From Felis catus (lineage: Eukaryota), in the NCBI RefSeq assembly GCF_018350175.1, contig NC_058383.1, positions 16,432,001 through 16,496,000 on the forward strand: 64,000 bases of DNA, read 5' to 3'. Below the pieces are notes generated by a model. It made no database searches. It saw only the letters and a program-made list of their open reading frames with translations, and was not told the origin of the DNA. Positions within the stretch are counted from its first letter, which is position 1. Each line of letters begins with the position of its first letter. A program made the position numbers and the translations under genes. Positions 52,445 to 64,000 of the stretch are shown piece by piece.

Positions 52445-52833
52445 CCTTTTTGTGTGTGTGTGCTATTTATTTATAATTAAATTTTTATTTTAAATTTACA
52501 TCCAAATTAGTTAGCATATAGTGCAACAATGATTTCAGGAGTAGATTCCTTAGTACCCCTTACCCATTTAGCCCATACCCCCTCCAGTAACCCTCTGTTT
52601 GTTTTCCATATTTAAGAGTCTCTTATGTTTTGTCCCCCTCCCTGTTTTTATACTGTTTTTGTTTCCCTTCCCTTATGTTCATCTGTTCTGTGTCTTAAAG
52701 TCCTCATATGAGTGAAGTCATAGATATTTGTCTTTCTCTGACTAATTTTGCTTGGTATAATACCCTCCAGTTCCATCCATGTAGTTTCAAATGGCAAAAT
52801 TTCATTCTTTTTGATTGCCAAGTAATACTCCAT

Positions 52834-52870
<37 letters not shown>

Positions 52871-52906
52871 ATACACATATCACATCACATATATATATCA
52901 CATCAC

Positions 52907-52947
<41 letters not shown>

Positions 52948-55900
52948 ATCTTCTATATCCATTCATCTATCGATGGACATTTGGGCTCTTTGCATACTTT
53001 CGCTATTGTTGATAGTGCTGCTATAAACATGGGGATGCATGTGTTCCTTTGAAACAGCACACCTGTATCCCTTGGATAAATACCTAGTAGTGCAATTGCT
53101 GGGTCGTAGGGTAGTTCTTTTTTCAGTTTTTTGAGGAACCTCCATACTGTTTTCCAGAGTGGCTGCACCAGCTTGCATTCCCACCAACAATGCAAAAGAG
53201 ATCCTCTTTCTCTGCATCCTTGCCAACATCTGTTGTTGCCTGAGTTGCTAATGTCAGCCATTCTGACAGGTGGTATCTCATTGTGAGATGAGGTGGTATC
53301 TCATTGTGGTTTTGATTTGTATTTCCCTGATGATGAGTGATGTGGAGCATTTTCTTATGTGTTGGTTGGCCATCTGGATGTCTTCTTTGGAGAATTGACT
53401 ATTCATGTCTTTTGCCCATTTCTTCACTGGATCATTTGTTTTTTGGGTGTTGAATTTGAGAAGTTCTTTATAGATTTGGGATACTAACCCTTTAGCTGAT
53501 ACATTGTTTGCAAATATCTTCTTCCATTCTGTCGGTTGCCTTTTAGTTTTGCGGATTGTTTCCTTTGCTGTGCAGAAGCTTTTTATTTTCATGAGGTCCC
53601 AGTAGTTCATTTTTGCTTTTGTTTCCCTTGCCTCTGGAGATGTATTGACTAAGAAGTTACTACAGCCAAGGTCAAAGAGGTTTTTGCCTGCTTTCTCCTC
53701 GAGAATTTTGATGGCTTCCAGTCTTACATTGAGGTCTTTCATCTATTTTGAGTTTATTTTTGTGTGTAGTGTGAGAAGGTGGTCCAGGTTCATTATTCTG
53801 TATGCCACTGTCCAATTTTCTCGGCACCACTTGCTGAAGAGACTGTCTTTATTCCATTGGATATTCCTTCCTGCTTTGTTAAAGATTAGTTGGCCATACG
53901 TTTGTGGGTCCATTTCTGGGTTCGCTATTCCATTCCATTGGTCTGAGTGTCTGTTCTCGTGCCAGTACCATACTGTCTTGATGATTACAGCTTTGTAGTA
54001 TGGCTTGAAGTCCGAGATTGTGATGCCTCCTGCTTTGGTTTTCTTTTTCAAGATTGCTTTGGCTATTCAGGGCCTTTTCTGGTTCCATACAAATTTTAGG
54101 ATTATTTGTTCTAGCTCTGTGAAGAATGCTGGTGTTACTTTGATAGGGATTTCACTCAATATGTAGATTGCATTGAATATGTAGTATTGACATTTTAACA
54201 ATATTTGTTCTTCCTATCCAGGAGCATGGAATCTTTTTCCATTTTTTTATGTCTCCTTCATTTTCTTTCATAAGCTTTCTATAATTTCCAGTGTATAGAT
54301 TTTTCACCTCTTTGGTTAGATTTATTCCAAGGTATTTTATGGTTTTTTTGTGCAACTGTAAATGGGATCGATTCCTTGATTTCTCTTTCTGTCGCCTCAT
54401 TGTGGTGTATAGGAATGCAACTGATTTCTGTGCATTGATTTTATATCCTGCAACTTTGCTGAATTCATGAATCAGTTCTAGCAATTTTTTGGTGGAAACT
54501 TTTGGGTTTTCCATATAGAATATCATGTCATCTGCGAAGAATGAAAGTTTGACCTCCTCCTGGCCAACTTGGATGCCTTTTATTTCTTTGTGTTGTCTGA
54601 TTGCAGAGGTAAGACGTCAAATACTATGTTGAATAACAGTGGTGAGAGTTGACATCCCTGTCTTGTTCCTGACCTTAGGGGAAAAGCTCTCAGTTTTTCC
54701 CCATTGAGGATGATATTAGCGTTGGGTCCCTCATATATGGCTTTAATGGTCTTGAGGTATGATCCTTCTAGTCCTACTTTCTTGAGGGTTTTTATCAAGA
54801 AAGGATGCTGTATTTTGTAAAATGCTTTCTATGCATCTATTGAGAGGATCCTATGGTTCTTGTCCTTTCTTTATTGATGTGATGAATCACGTTAATTGTT
54901 TTGAGGACATTGAACCATCCCTGCATCCCAGGTATAAATCCCACTTAGTCATGGTGAATAATTTTTTAAATGTATTTTTGGATCCAGTTGGCTCCTCTTG
55001 TTGAGGATTTTTGCATCCATGTTCATCAGGGAAATTGGTCTATAGTTCTCCTTTTTAGTGGGGTCTCTGTCTGGTATTGGAATCAAGGTAATGCTTGCTT
55101 CATAGAATGAGTTTGGAAGTTTTCCTTCCATTTCTATTTTTTGGAACAGCTTCAAGAAAATAGGTGCTAACTCTTCCTTAAATGTTTGGTAGAATTCCCC
55201 TGGAAAGCCATCTGGCCCTGGACTCTTGATTTTTGGAAGATTTATGATTACTAATTTGATTTCCTTACTGGTTATGGGTCTGTTCAAATTTTCTACTTCC
55301 TCTGTCAGTTTAGGTAGTGTATATGTTTCTATGAATTTGTCCATTTCTTCTATAGTGCCCATTTTATTGGCATAAAATTGCTCATAATATTCTCTTATTA
55401 TTGTTTTTATTTCTGTTGTTTTGGTTGTGATCTCTCCTTTTTCATTCTTGATTTTATTTATTTGGGTCATTTCATTTTTGTTTTTGATCAAACTGGCTAG
55501 TGGTTGATCAACTTTGTTAATTCTTTCAAAGAACCAGCTTCTGGTTTCATTGATCTGTTCTGCTGTTTTTGTTTTGATAGCATTAATTTCTGCTCTAATC
55601 TTTATAGTTTCCTGTCTTCTGCTGGTTTAGGCTTTTATTTGCTCTTCTTTTTCCAGTTTTTTGAGTAATAAGGTTAGGTTGTGTATCTGAGATCTTTCTT
55701 CCTTGTTTAGGAAGGCCTGGAGTGCTATATACTTTCCTTTTAATACTAACTTTGCTGCTTCCCAGAGGTTTTGGGTTGTGGTGTTATCATTTTCATTGGC
55801 TTCCATATACTTTTTAATTTCCTCTTTAACTTCTTGGTTAGCCCATTCATTCTTTAGTAAGATGTTCTTCAGTCTCCAAGTATTTGTTACCTTTTCAAAT

Positions 55901-58900
55901 TTTTTCTTGTGGTTGATTTTGAGTTTCATAGCATTGTGGTCTGGAAATATGCACAGTATGATCTCAATCTTTTTGTACTTGCTGAGGGCTGATTTGTGTC
56001 CCAGTATGTGGTCTATTCTGGAGAATGTTCCATGTGCACTGGAGAAGAATGTATATTCTGCTGCTTTGGAATGAAATGTTCTGAATACATCTGTTAAGTC
56101 CATTTGGTCCAGTGTGGCATTCAAAGCCATTGTTTCCTTGTTGATTTTATGATTAGATGATCTGTCCATTGCTGATAGTGGGTTGTTGAAGCCCCTACTA
56201 TTATGGTATTATTATCAGTGAGTTTCTTTATGTTTGTGATTAATTGATTTATATATTTGGTTGCTTCCACATTTGACAAATAAATGTTTACAATTGATAG
56301 GCCTTCTTGGTGGATAGACTCCTTATTTATGATATAATGCCCTTCTGCATCTCTTGATACAGTCTTTATTTTAAAGTCTAGATTGTCTGATATAAGCATG
56401 GCTACTTGGGCTTTCTTTTGTTGACCATTAGCATGATAGATGGTTCTCCATCCCCTTACTTTCAATCTGAAGGTGTCTGTAGGTCTAAAGTGGGTCTCTT
56501 GTAAACAGTATATTGATGGATCTTGTTTTCTTATCCATTCTGTTACCCTATTCTGTTACTCCAGTCTTTTGACTGGAGCATTGAGTCCATTGATGTTTAG
56601 AGTGAGTACTGAAAGATATGAATTTATTTCCATTATGTTGCTTGTAGAGTTGGAGTTTCTGGTGGTGTTCTCTGGTCCTTTCTAATCTTTGTTGCTTTTG
56701 GTATTTATTTATTTATTTATTTATTAATCTTTCCTCCCCTCAGAGAGTCCCCCCTTAAATTTCTTGCAGGGCTGGTTTAGTGGTCACAAACTCCTTTAAT
56801 TTTTTTTGCCTGGGAAATTTTTTATCTCTCCTTCTATTTTTAATGGCAGCCTTGCTAGATAAAGAATTTTTGGCTGCATATTTTTCTGATTCAGCACACT
56901 GAATATATCCTGCCACTCTTTTCTGGCCTGCCAAGTTTCTGTGGATAGGTCTGCTGCAAACCTGATCTGTCTTCCCTTGTAGGTTAAGGACTTTTTTTCC
57001 CTTGCTGCTTTCATGATTCCTTGCCTGAGTATTTTGTGAATTTGACTATGATATGCCTTGTTGATGGTCAGTTTTTGTTGAATCTAATGGGAGTCCTCTG
57101 TGCTTCCTGGATTTTGATGTCTGTGTCTTTCCCCAGGTTAGGAAAGTTTTCCACTATGATTTGTTCACATGACCCTTCTACCTCTATTTCTCTCTCTTCC
57201 TCTTCTGGGACCCCTATGATTCTGTTGTTGTTCCCTTTTAATGAGTCACTGATTTCTCTAATTCTTAAATCGTGCTCTTTTGCCCTAATCTCCCTCTTTT
57301 TTTCTGCTTCATTATTCTCTATAAGTTTGTCCTCTATATCACTGATTCTCTGTTCTGCCTCATCCATCCTTGCTGCCGGGGCATCCATCCATGATTGCAG
57401 CTCAGTTGAAGCACTTTTTATTTCATCCTGACTAGTTTTTACTTCTTTTATCTCCACAGAAAGGGATTCTAATCTATTTTCAACTCCAGCTAGTATTCTT
57501 ATTATCATGATTCTAAATTCTGCTTGATACATCTTGCTTGTATCTGTGTTGGTTAAGTCCCTGGCTGTCATTTCTTCCTGCTCTTTCTTTTGGGGTGAAT
57601 TCCTTTGTTTTGTCACTTTGAAGGGAGAAAAGGAATTAATGAGGTGAAAATATTAAAATTAAAAAAATTAAAATTAAAAAATATTAAAATTAAAACATTA
57701 GAAACACACACACACAAAAATTGAATCAATGATGCTAGATCCTAGGTGTATTTTGGTCTGGATGTTGAACGTGGCTTCACAGATTAGAGAAAAAAGGGGG
57801 AGAAAAGAAAAAAAAAGAAATCATTTGAAAATTTGAAAAAATGAATACACTGAAGTAGACTAAAATGAAATGGAGTAAAACAGAACTTGAAAAAATGTAC
57901 ACAAAAGTAAAGAATATAGAAAAAATTAAAGAAAAATATTTTTAATAAAAATTGAAAATAAAAATGAATTTTTTCTCTTTCTGTATTCAAGAAAAAGAAA
58001 CGAAATGAAAAAGAAAAAAAAAGAAAAAGAAAAAAAGGAAATTGTTTGAAAATTAGAAAAAGTGAATACCCTGAAGTAGACTAATATAAAATGATGGAAG
58101 AAAAATAGAATTTGAAAAAAATTACACAAAAGTAAAACACATAGTAAAAATATTAAAGAAAAATATTTTTAATAAAAATTGAAAATAAAAGTAAAAATTC
58201 TCTCTTTCTGTATTCAAGAAAAAGAGAAGAAATGAAAAGCGGGAAAAAAGAAAATTGAATAGACGGACCTGCTAACAGCAGACATACGACTAAAATTACT
58301 TTGTTTTCCCCTAGAAGTCAGACTATAAAGCACTTTATAGTCCACAAATTAAGCAGGCAGTGAGACTTGTGTTCTTGAAGAACGAGGTTGGCCCAGTTGG
58401 GTTGGGCTTAGTGTAATGGCTCCATTCTCCACTAGATGGTGCTGCTAGCCTACTGAGGTGGATTGTTGTGGGGCTCGTAGGTGTGTATGCGCATGCGCAG
58501 GAGTAGTGAAAATGGTGTCCCACAGCTACCCAGTCTCTAGTATCGGAACTCCACACTCTCCGATCAGCAATCGCACAACTGTCCTTTGTCTTCAGCTTTT
58601 GTCCACTCCCTGCTTTTATGCTGTCCATATCCAAGCCCCAGGTAGTACCTCTCTCCTGAGTTTTGTCTCAGATGCAGCTGTTTCCCCCAGCCCCTTACAT
58701 CTGAGGGACTTTGGCTTTGACCTGTTCTGCCCCTCTGCAGAGGTCCTCAGGGAGCAATGGCCGAATGCCGGCTGCACCCAGGAACGCTTGCTGGACCCTG
58801 CCTCTGCTGGTGCCCAGAGACTGTGGCCAGGTGCCAGGCCACCCCAGGACAAATTCACGAGACAGTGTAGCAGCAGCATTTCAGGGATTGTGGAAAATAA

Positions 58901-59561
58901 CAACACACATTTGGTGCCAGGCTTCACCCTTAATGACCTTGTTCCAGCACCAGTGAATGTGGCTGTTCTCTGGGGTCTTCTGGGACCAGGTGGCCTCAAT
59001 AGTCTCTAACAAATGTCCTCCCAGCAGTGGAACTGCTTTTCTCCGTGTGGCCCAAGAACCTCCCAGACCCCACTCTTCTCCTGGGGATTCACCCTTCTCA
59101 CCATAGCACCACGAGGTATCAAGCTGCAGAGTTGCAGACTTTGCATTCCCCTTGTTTACAGTCTTGATGAAATTTAAACCCTCTCCTTTCTCCTTTCTTT
59201 TTTCTTCTTTCTCCTTTCTCCCTTTTTAGTTTAGTCCCTGTGGCTGTTTCCTAATTTCAACTTTCTCTCCAGCTGCTTTTGGGGAGGAGGGCTTTTCCCA
59301 TATTCTCCCCTCCCCCACCCCTGTTTCTGTCCTCTCTCTGCACGCAAAAGTGGCTCCCTGCCCTCTGCTGCTTCTCTCTTCCCAAATTCACCTGTTGGCA
59401 TCATGTACCTGCTGAATTCTGTGGTTCAGGTTGTGCATATTTTTGTGTTAATCCTCAGATCAGTTTTCTAGGTGTGCAGGATGGTTTAGTGTTGGTCTGG
59501 CTGTATTCAGGGACGCGAGACACACAAAAAACTTTCATGCTGTTCCGCCATCTTGGCTCCC
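52445..59561 (-). mobile_element. Full-length felid L1, same subfamily as 35040-42345, nested in the host L1; ORFs disrupted
   Basis: TSD gagactatc at 52433-52441 and 59563-59571; 5' end gggagccaagatggcgg; ORF1 from 57616 (MTKQRNSPQKKEQEE). Confidence 0.95.
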
Positions 59562-61027
59562 TGAGACTATCATTTTCCATTGTATATTCCTTCCTCCTTT
59601 GTCAAAGATTATGTGACCATATAATTGTGGGTTTGTTTCTGGGTTTCCTATTCTGCTCCATTGATGTATGTGTCTATTTTTGTGCCAATACCATATTATT
59701 TTGATTACTACGGTTTGTTGTAAATAAAATGGTCTAGAATTGTGAGACCTCCAGTTTTGTTTTTCTTTTTTAATATTGCTTTGGTTGTTTGGGATTTGGG
59801 GTTCCATACTAATTTTAGGATTATTTGTTCTAGTTCTGTTCCATGAAAAGTGTTGTTGGTATTTTGACAGGGATTGCATTAAATGTATAGATTGCTTTGG
59901 GTAGTATAGACATTTTAAGAATATTTGTTCTTCTAATCCATGACCATTGACTGTCTTCCCATTTCTTTGTGTCATCTTCAACTACTTTCATCAATATTTT
60001 ATAATTTCCAAAGTATAGGGTTTTTTTTCCCTCTTTGGTTTTTTCCTAGGTATTTTATTATTTTGGTGAAATTATAAATGGGATTGTTTTCTTAATTTCT
60101 CTTTTTGCTGCTTCATTATTAGTATATAGAAATTCAACAGACTTCTGTATATTGATTTTATATCCTACAACTTTACTGAATTCATTTATCAATTCTTGTA
60201 GTTTTTTGGGGGAGTCTTGTAGGTTTCTATATAGAGTATCATGTCATCTGCAAATAGTCAAAGTTTTACTGCTTTCCTACTGATATTTATGATATTTATG
60301 ATTTACTGATATTTATGCCTTTTATTTCTTTTTGTTGTCTTATTGCTGTAGCTAGGACTTCCAGTACTATTTTAAATAGGAGTGGTGAGGATGGACATCA
60401 TTATCTTGTTCCTGACCTTAGGAAAAACTCTCTTGGTTATTTCCCTATTGAGTATGATATTCATTGTGGGTTTTTCATATGTTACCTTTATTATGTTGAG
60501 GTATGTTTCCTCTGTACCTACCCTGTTGAAAGATTTTATCATGTTGCTCTTTGACAAATTCTTTTTCTGCATCTATTGAAATGATCATATCATTTTTATA
60601 CTTTCTCATATTGATGTGATGTATTACCTTGATTGATTTGTGTATTAAACCTCCCTTGCATGCCAGGAATAAATTCCACTTGGTCATGGTATATGATTTT
60701 TTAAATGTATTTTTCAATTTGGTCTGCTTGCATTTTATTGCAGATTTTTGTATGTTCATCAGTGATATTGGCCTGTAGTACTTTTTTAGTGGTGTCTTTA
60801 ACAAGTTTTGGTGTTATGAGTAATGCTGGCTTTAAAGAATGAATTTGGAAGTTTTCCTTCCTCTTTTTTTGGGAATATTTTGAGAGGATTAAGTATTAAC
60901 TCTTATTTAAATCTTTGGTGGAATTTGCCTATGAAGCTGTCTAGTCCCAGACTTTTGTTTGTTGAGAGTTTTTTGATTAATTCAACTTCCTTGCTAGTAA
61001 TCAGTCGCTTCAAATTTTCTATTTCTT
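59562..61027 (-). mobile_element. Host L1 continued (ORF2 middle)
   Basis: Resumes exactly where it was interrupted at 52444. Confidence 0.9.
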
Positions 61028-62000
61028 GGGTGTTGAGTTTGATAAGTTCTTTATAGATTTTTGGATACTAACCCTTTATCTGATATGTCATTTGCAAATA
61101 TCTTCTCCCATCCCACTAGTTGACTTTTAGTTTTGCTGATTGTTTCCTTCACCTTGCAGAAGCTTTTTAATTTGATGAGGTCCCAATAGCTCATTTTTTC
61201 TTCTGTTTCCCTTGCCTCCAGAGTCTTGTTGAGTAAGAAGTTGCTGCGGCCAAGATCAAAGAGGTTTTTGCCTCTTTATCCTCGAGGATTTTGATGGCTT
61301 CCCATCTTATGTTTAGGTCTTTCATCCATTTTGAGTTTATTTTTACATATGGTGTAAGAAAGTGGTCCAGGTTCATTTTTCTGCATGTCGCTGTCCAGTT
61401 TTCCTAACACCACTTGCTGAAGAGACTGTCTTTATTCTATTGGATATTCTTTCCTGCTTTGTCAAAGATTGGTTGGCCATACGTTTGTCGGTCCATTTCT
61501 GGGTTCTCTATTCTGTTCCATTGATCTGAGTGTCTGTTCTTGTACCAGTACCATACTGTCTTGATGATTACAGTTTTGTAATACAGCTTGAAGTCCAGGA
61601 TTGTGATGCCTCCTGCTTTGGTTTTCTTTTTCAAGATTGCTTTGGCTATTTGTCTTTTCTGGTTCCATACAAATTTTAGGATTGTTTGTTCTAGCTCTGT
61701 GAATAATGCTGGTGTTGTTTTGATAGGGATTACATTGAATATGTAGATTGCTTTGGGTAGTATTGACATTTTAACAATATTTGTTCTTCCTATCCAGGAG
61801 CATGGAATCTTTTTCCATTTTTTTTGTGTCTTCTTCAATTTTTTTCATAAGGTTTCTATAGCTAAATGGTAAGGGGCATTAAGGAATCTACTGAAATCAT
61901 TGTTGCAGTATATGCTAACTTGAATGTAAATTAAAAAAAATAAATTAAAAAATAAAAGTAAACTAAAAACAAAACAAAACAAAGAATACACTAATACAAA
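61028..62000. mobile_element. 5'-inverted (twin-primed) felid L1 insertion
   Basis: ORF2 segment on - (61028-61860) joined to a 3'UTR and A tail on + (61861-62000); degenerate TSD at 61012-61027 and 62001-62015. Confidence 0.85.
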
Positions 62001-64000
62001 AAAATTCTATTTTTTTCTACTTCAATTTTTTGTAGGTTCTATTTTCTAGGAATTTATCCATTTCTTCTAGTTTGTCCATTTTTTTTGCCAATTCACTTTC
62101 ATAACATTCTTTTACAATTTTATTTCTGTGGTGTTGGTTGTTATTTCTCCTCTCTCATTTGTAATTTTATTTGGGTTCTCTTTGTCTCTCTTTCTCTCTC
62201 TCTCTCTCTGTCTCTCTCTCATGAGTCTGGCTACAGGCTCATCAATTTTGTTGACTTTTTCAAAGAACCATCTCCTAGTTTCATTGATATGTTCTTTTCC
62301 CTTTTTCTTTTTTTAAAAGTTTTTATATAATTTATTTCTGATCTAATCTTTATTATTTCTTTTCTTATGCTGTTTTTTTTCTTTTACTGGCCCCTGTAGG
62401 TGCAAAGTTAAGTTGTTTATTTCAGATTTTTCTTGCTTCTTGAGGAGGGCCTTATATTAGTATTAACTTCTCTCTTAGAACTGCTTTAGTCACATCCCAA
62501 AGATTTTGGGTCATTGTGTTCTTATTTTCATTTTTCTTCATATATTCTTTAATTTTCTCTTTGATTTCCTGTTTGACTCATTTATTTTATAGTGGCATAT
62601 TATTTAACCTCCATGTATTTGTGGTTTTTCTAGATTTTTCTTGTGGTTGACTTCTAGTTTCACAGAGTTGTGGTCAAAAAAGATGTACAATAGGACTTGG
62701 CTCTTTTTGATATGTTGAGGTTTTTGCTTTGGCTTAATATGTGATCTCTTCTGGAGAATATGTGTACACTTGAAAAGACTGTGTATTCTGTTTTAAGATG
62801 GAATGTTCTGAATATATCTGTTAAATATGTCTGTTTCAGTGTGTGATTGTTTCCTTGTCGGTTTTCTGTTTAGATGGTTTATTCATTAATGTTAAGTGTT
62901 AAAGGCAACTGGAATAATTGTATAATTATCAATTAGTTTCTTTTTATTTTTTATTAACTGTTTTATACATTTATGTGTTTTCTTGTTGGGTGCATAAATA
63001 TTTCCATCTCTGATATCTTCTTGTTTGTCTCTTGTTACTGTCTTTGTTTTAAAGTCTACTTTGTCTGATACAAATATGCTACTGTGGCTTTCTTTCAACA
63101 TTCATTTGCATGATAGATGTTTCTTTATCTCCTCACTTTCAATCTGCTGGTGTCTTTAGGTCTAAAATGAGTATGCTCTTGTAGGTCTACAAGTGTGCTC
63201 TTGTAGGCAGCATATAGATGGATCTTGTTTTTTAATCCATTTTGATACCCTCTGTCTTTTGATTGGAGCCTTTAGTCCATTTACACTCAGAGTGATTATT
63301 GGAAGATATGAATTTAGTGCCATTGTGTTACCCATAGAGTTGGTATTTCTGATTATGTTCTCTGGTCCTTTATGTCTTTGTTACATCGGTCTTATTTTTT
63401 CTCTAAGATTCCCCCTTAAAATTTCTTGCAGGTCTGGTTTAGTGGTTACATCCATTAGCATGATAGATGGTTCTCCACTCCCTTACTTCCAAGTTGCAGG
63501 AGTCTTTAGGTCTAAAATGAGTCTCTTGTAGGCAGCATATAGGTGGGTCTTATTTTTTTATTCATTCTGATACCTATTTCTTTTAATTGGAGCATTTAAT
63601 CCTTTTCATTTAGAGTGATTATCAAAAGATATGAATCTAGTGCCATTGTGTTGCATGTAGAATTGGTGTTTTGGGGTAATATTCTCTGGTCTTTTCTAGT
63701 CTGTTGCTTTTGGTCTCTTTTGCTTTGTTTTGTATTTTTCTCCACTCAAAGAGTCACCCTTAAAATTTCTTATAGGGCTTACTTAGTGGTCATAAAGTCC
63801 TTTAGTTTTTGTTTATCTGGGAAACTCTTTATCTTTCTTATTTTGAATGACAGTTTTGCTGGATAAATAATTCTTGGCTGCATATTTTTTCCATTCAGCA
63901 CGTTGAATATATTCTACCACTCCCTTTTGGCCTGCCAGGTTTCTGTGGACAGATCCTTTAATATGTTGTTGAATTCCATTTCCTAGTATTTTGTTCAATT
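62001..64000 (-). mobile_element. Host L1 continued (EN domain and ORF1 end), followed by a second copy of the ORF1/ORF2 boundary
   Basis: Colinear with the other L1s; 63451 onward repeats the region seen at ~63100-63450. Confidence 0.85.

Noticed and set aside
1..64000. CRISPR array, operon, or novel RT-based system
   Set aside because: There is no repeat-spacer array, the context is mammalian, and all RT/EN motifs belong to canonical LINE-1 ORF2.

Overview
Mammalian DNA, not prokaryotic. The Can-SINE subtypes point to a felid (cat family). The only host gene is SEPTIN14 (SEPT14) on the + strand. Five coding exons (16535-16588, 27804-27924, 28755-28950, 46078-46264, 48683-48844) splice in frame to 720 nt / 240 aa ([27 protein letters not shown]...GETGIGKST...AKAD...VNSSMN); the remaining exons lie beyond the window. 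Most of the rest is a nested pile-up of LINE-1 elements (about 10 copies, several full-length but disrupted), about 17 Can-SINEs, and older MIR, MLT1, Charlie1-like and Tigger1-like relics. Almost all ORFs in the track are L1 fragments or chance frames. I see no evidence of a wholly new biological system. The most interesting signals are: (1) a TSD-bounded L1 3'-end insertion whose 5' part is an inverted copy of local DNA carrying the host's private mutations; (2) a candidate L1 3' transduction inside intron 4; (3) an atypical shifted-register 5' splice site (ACA/GTTGAGTAT) on the first coding exon; (4) a DxxG->KxxG change in the septin G3 motif; (5) a twin-primed 5'-inverted L1, 5'UTR turnover and 5'UTR monomer duplications. 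Repeat family names are by recognition, not database search. Boundaries without TSDs are approximate. Exon and intron numbers assume one upstream non-coding exon.
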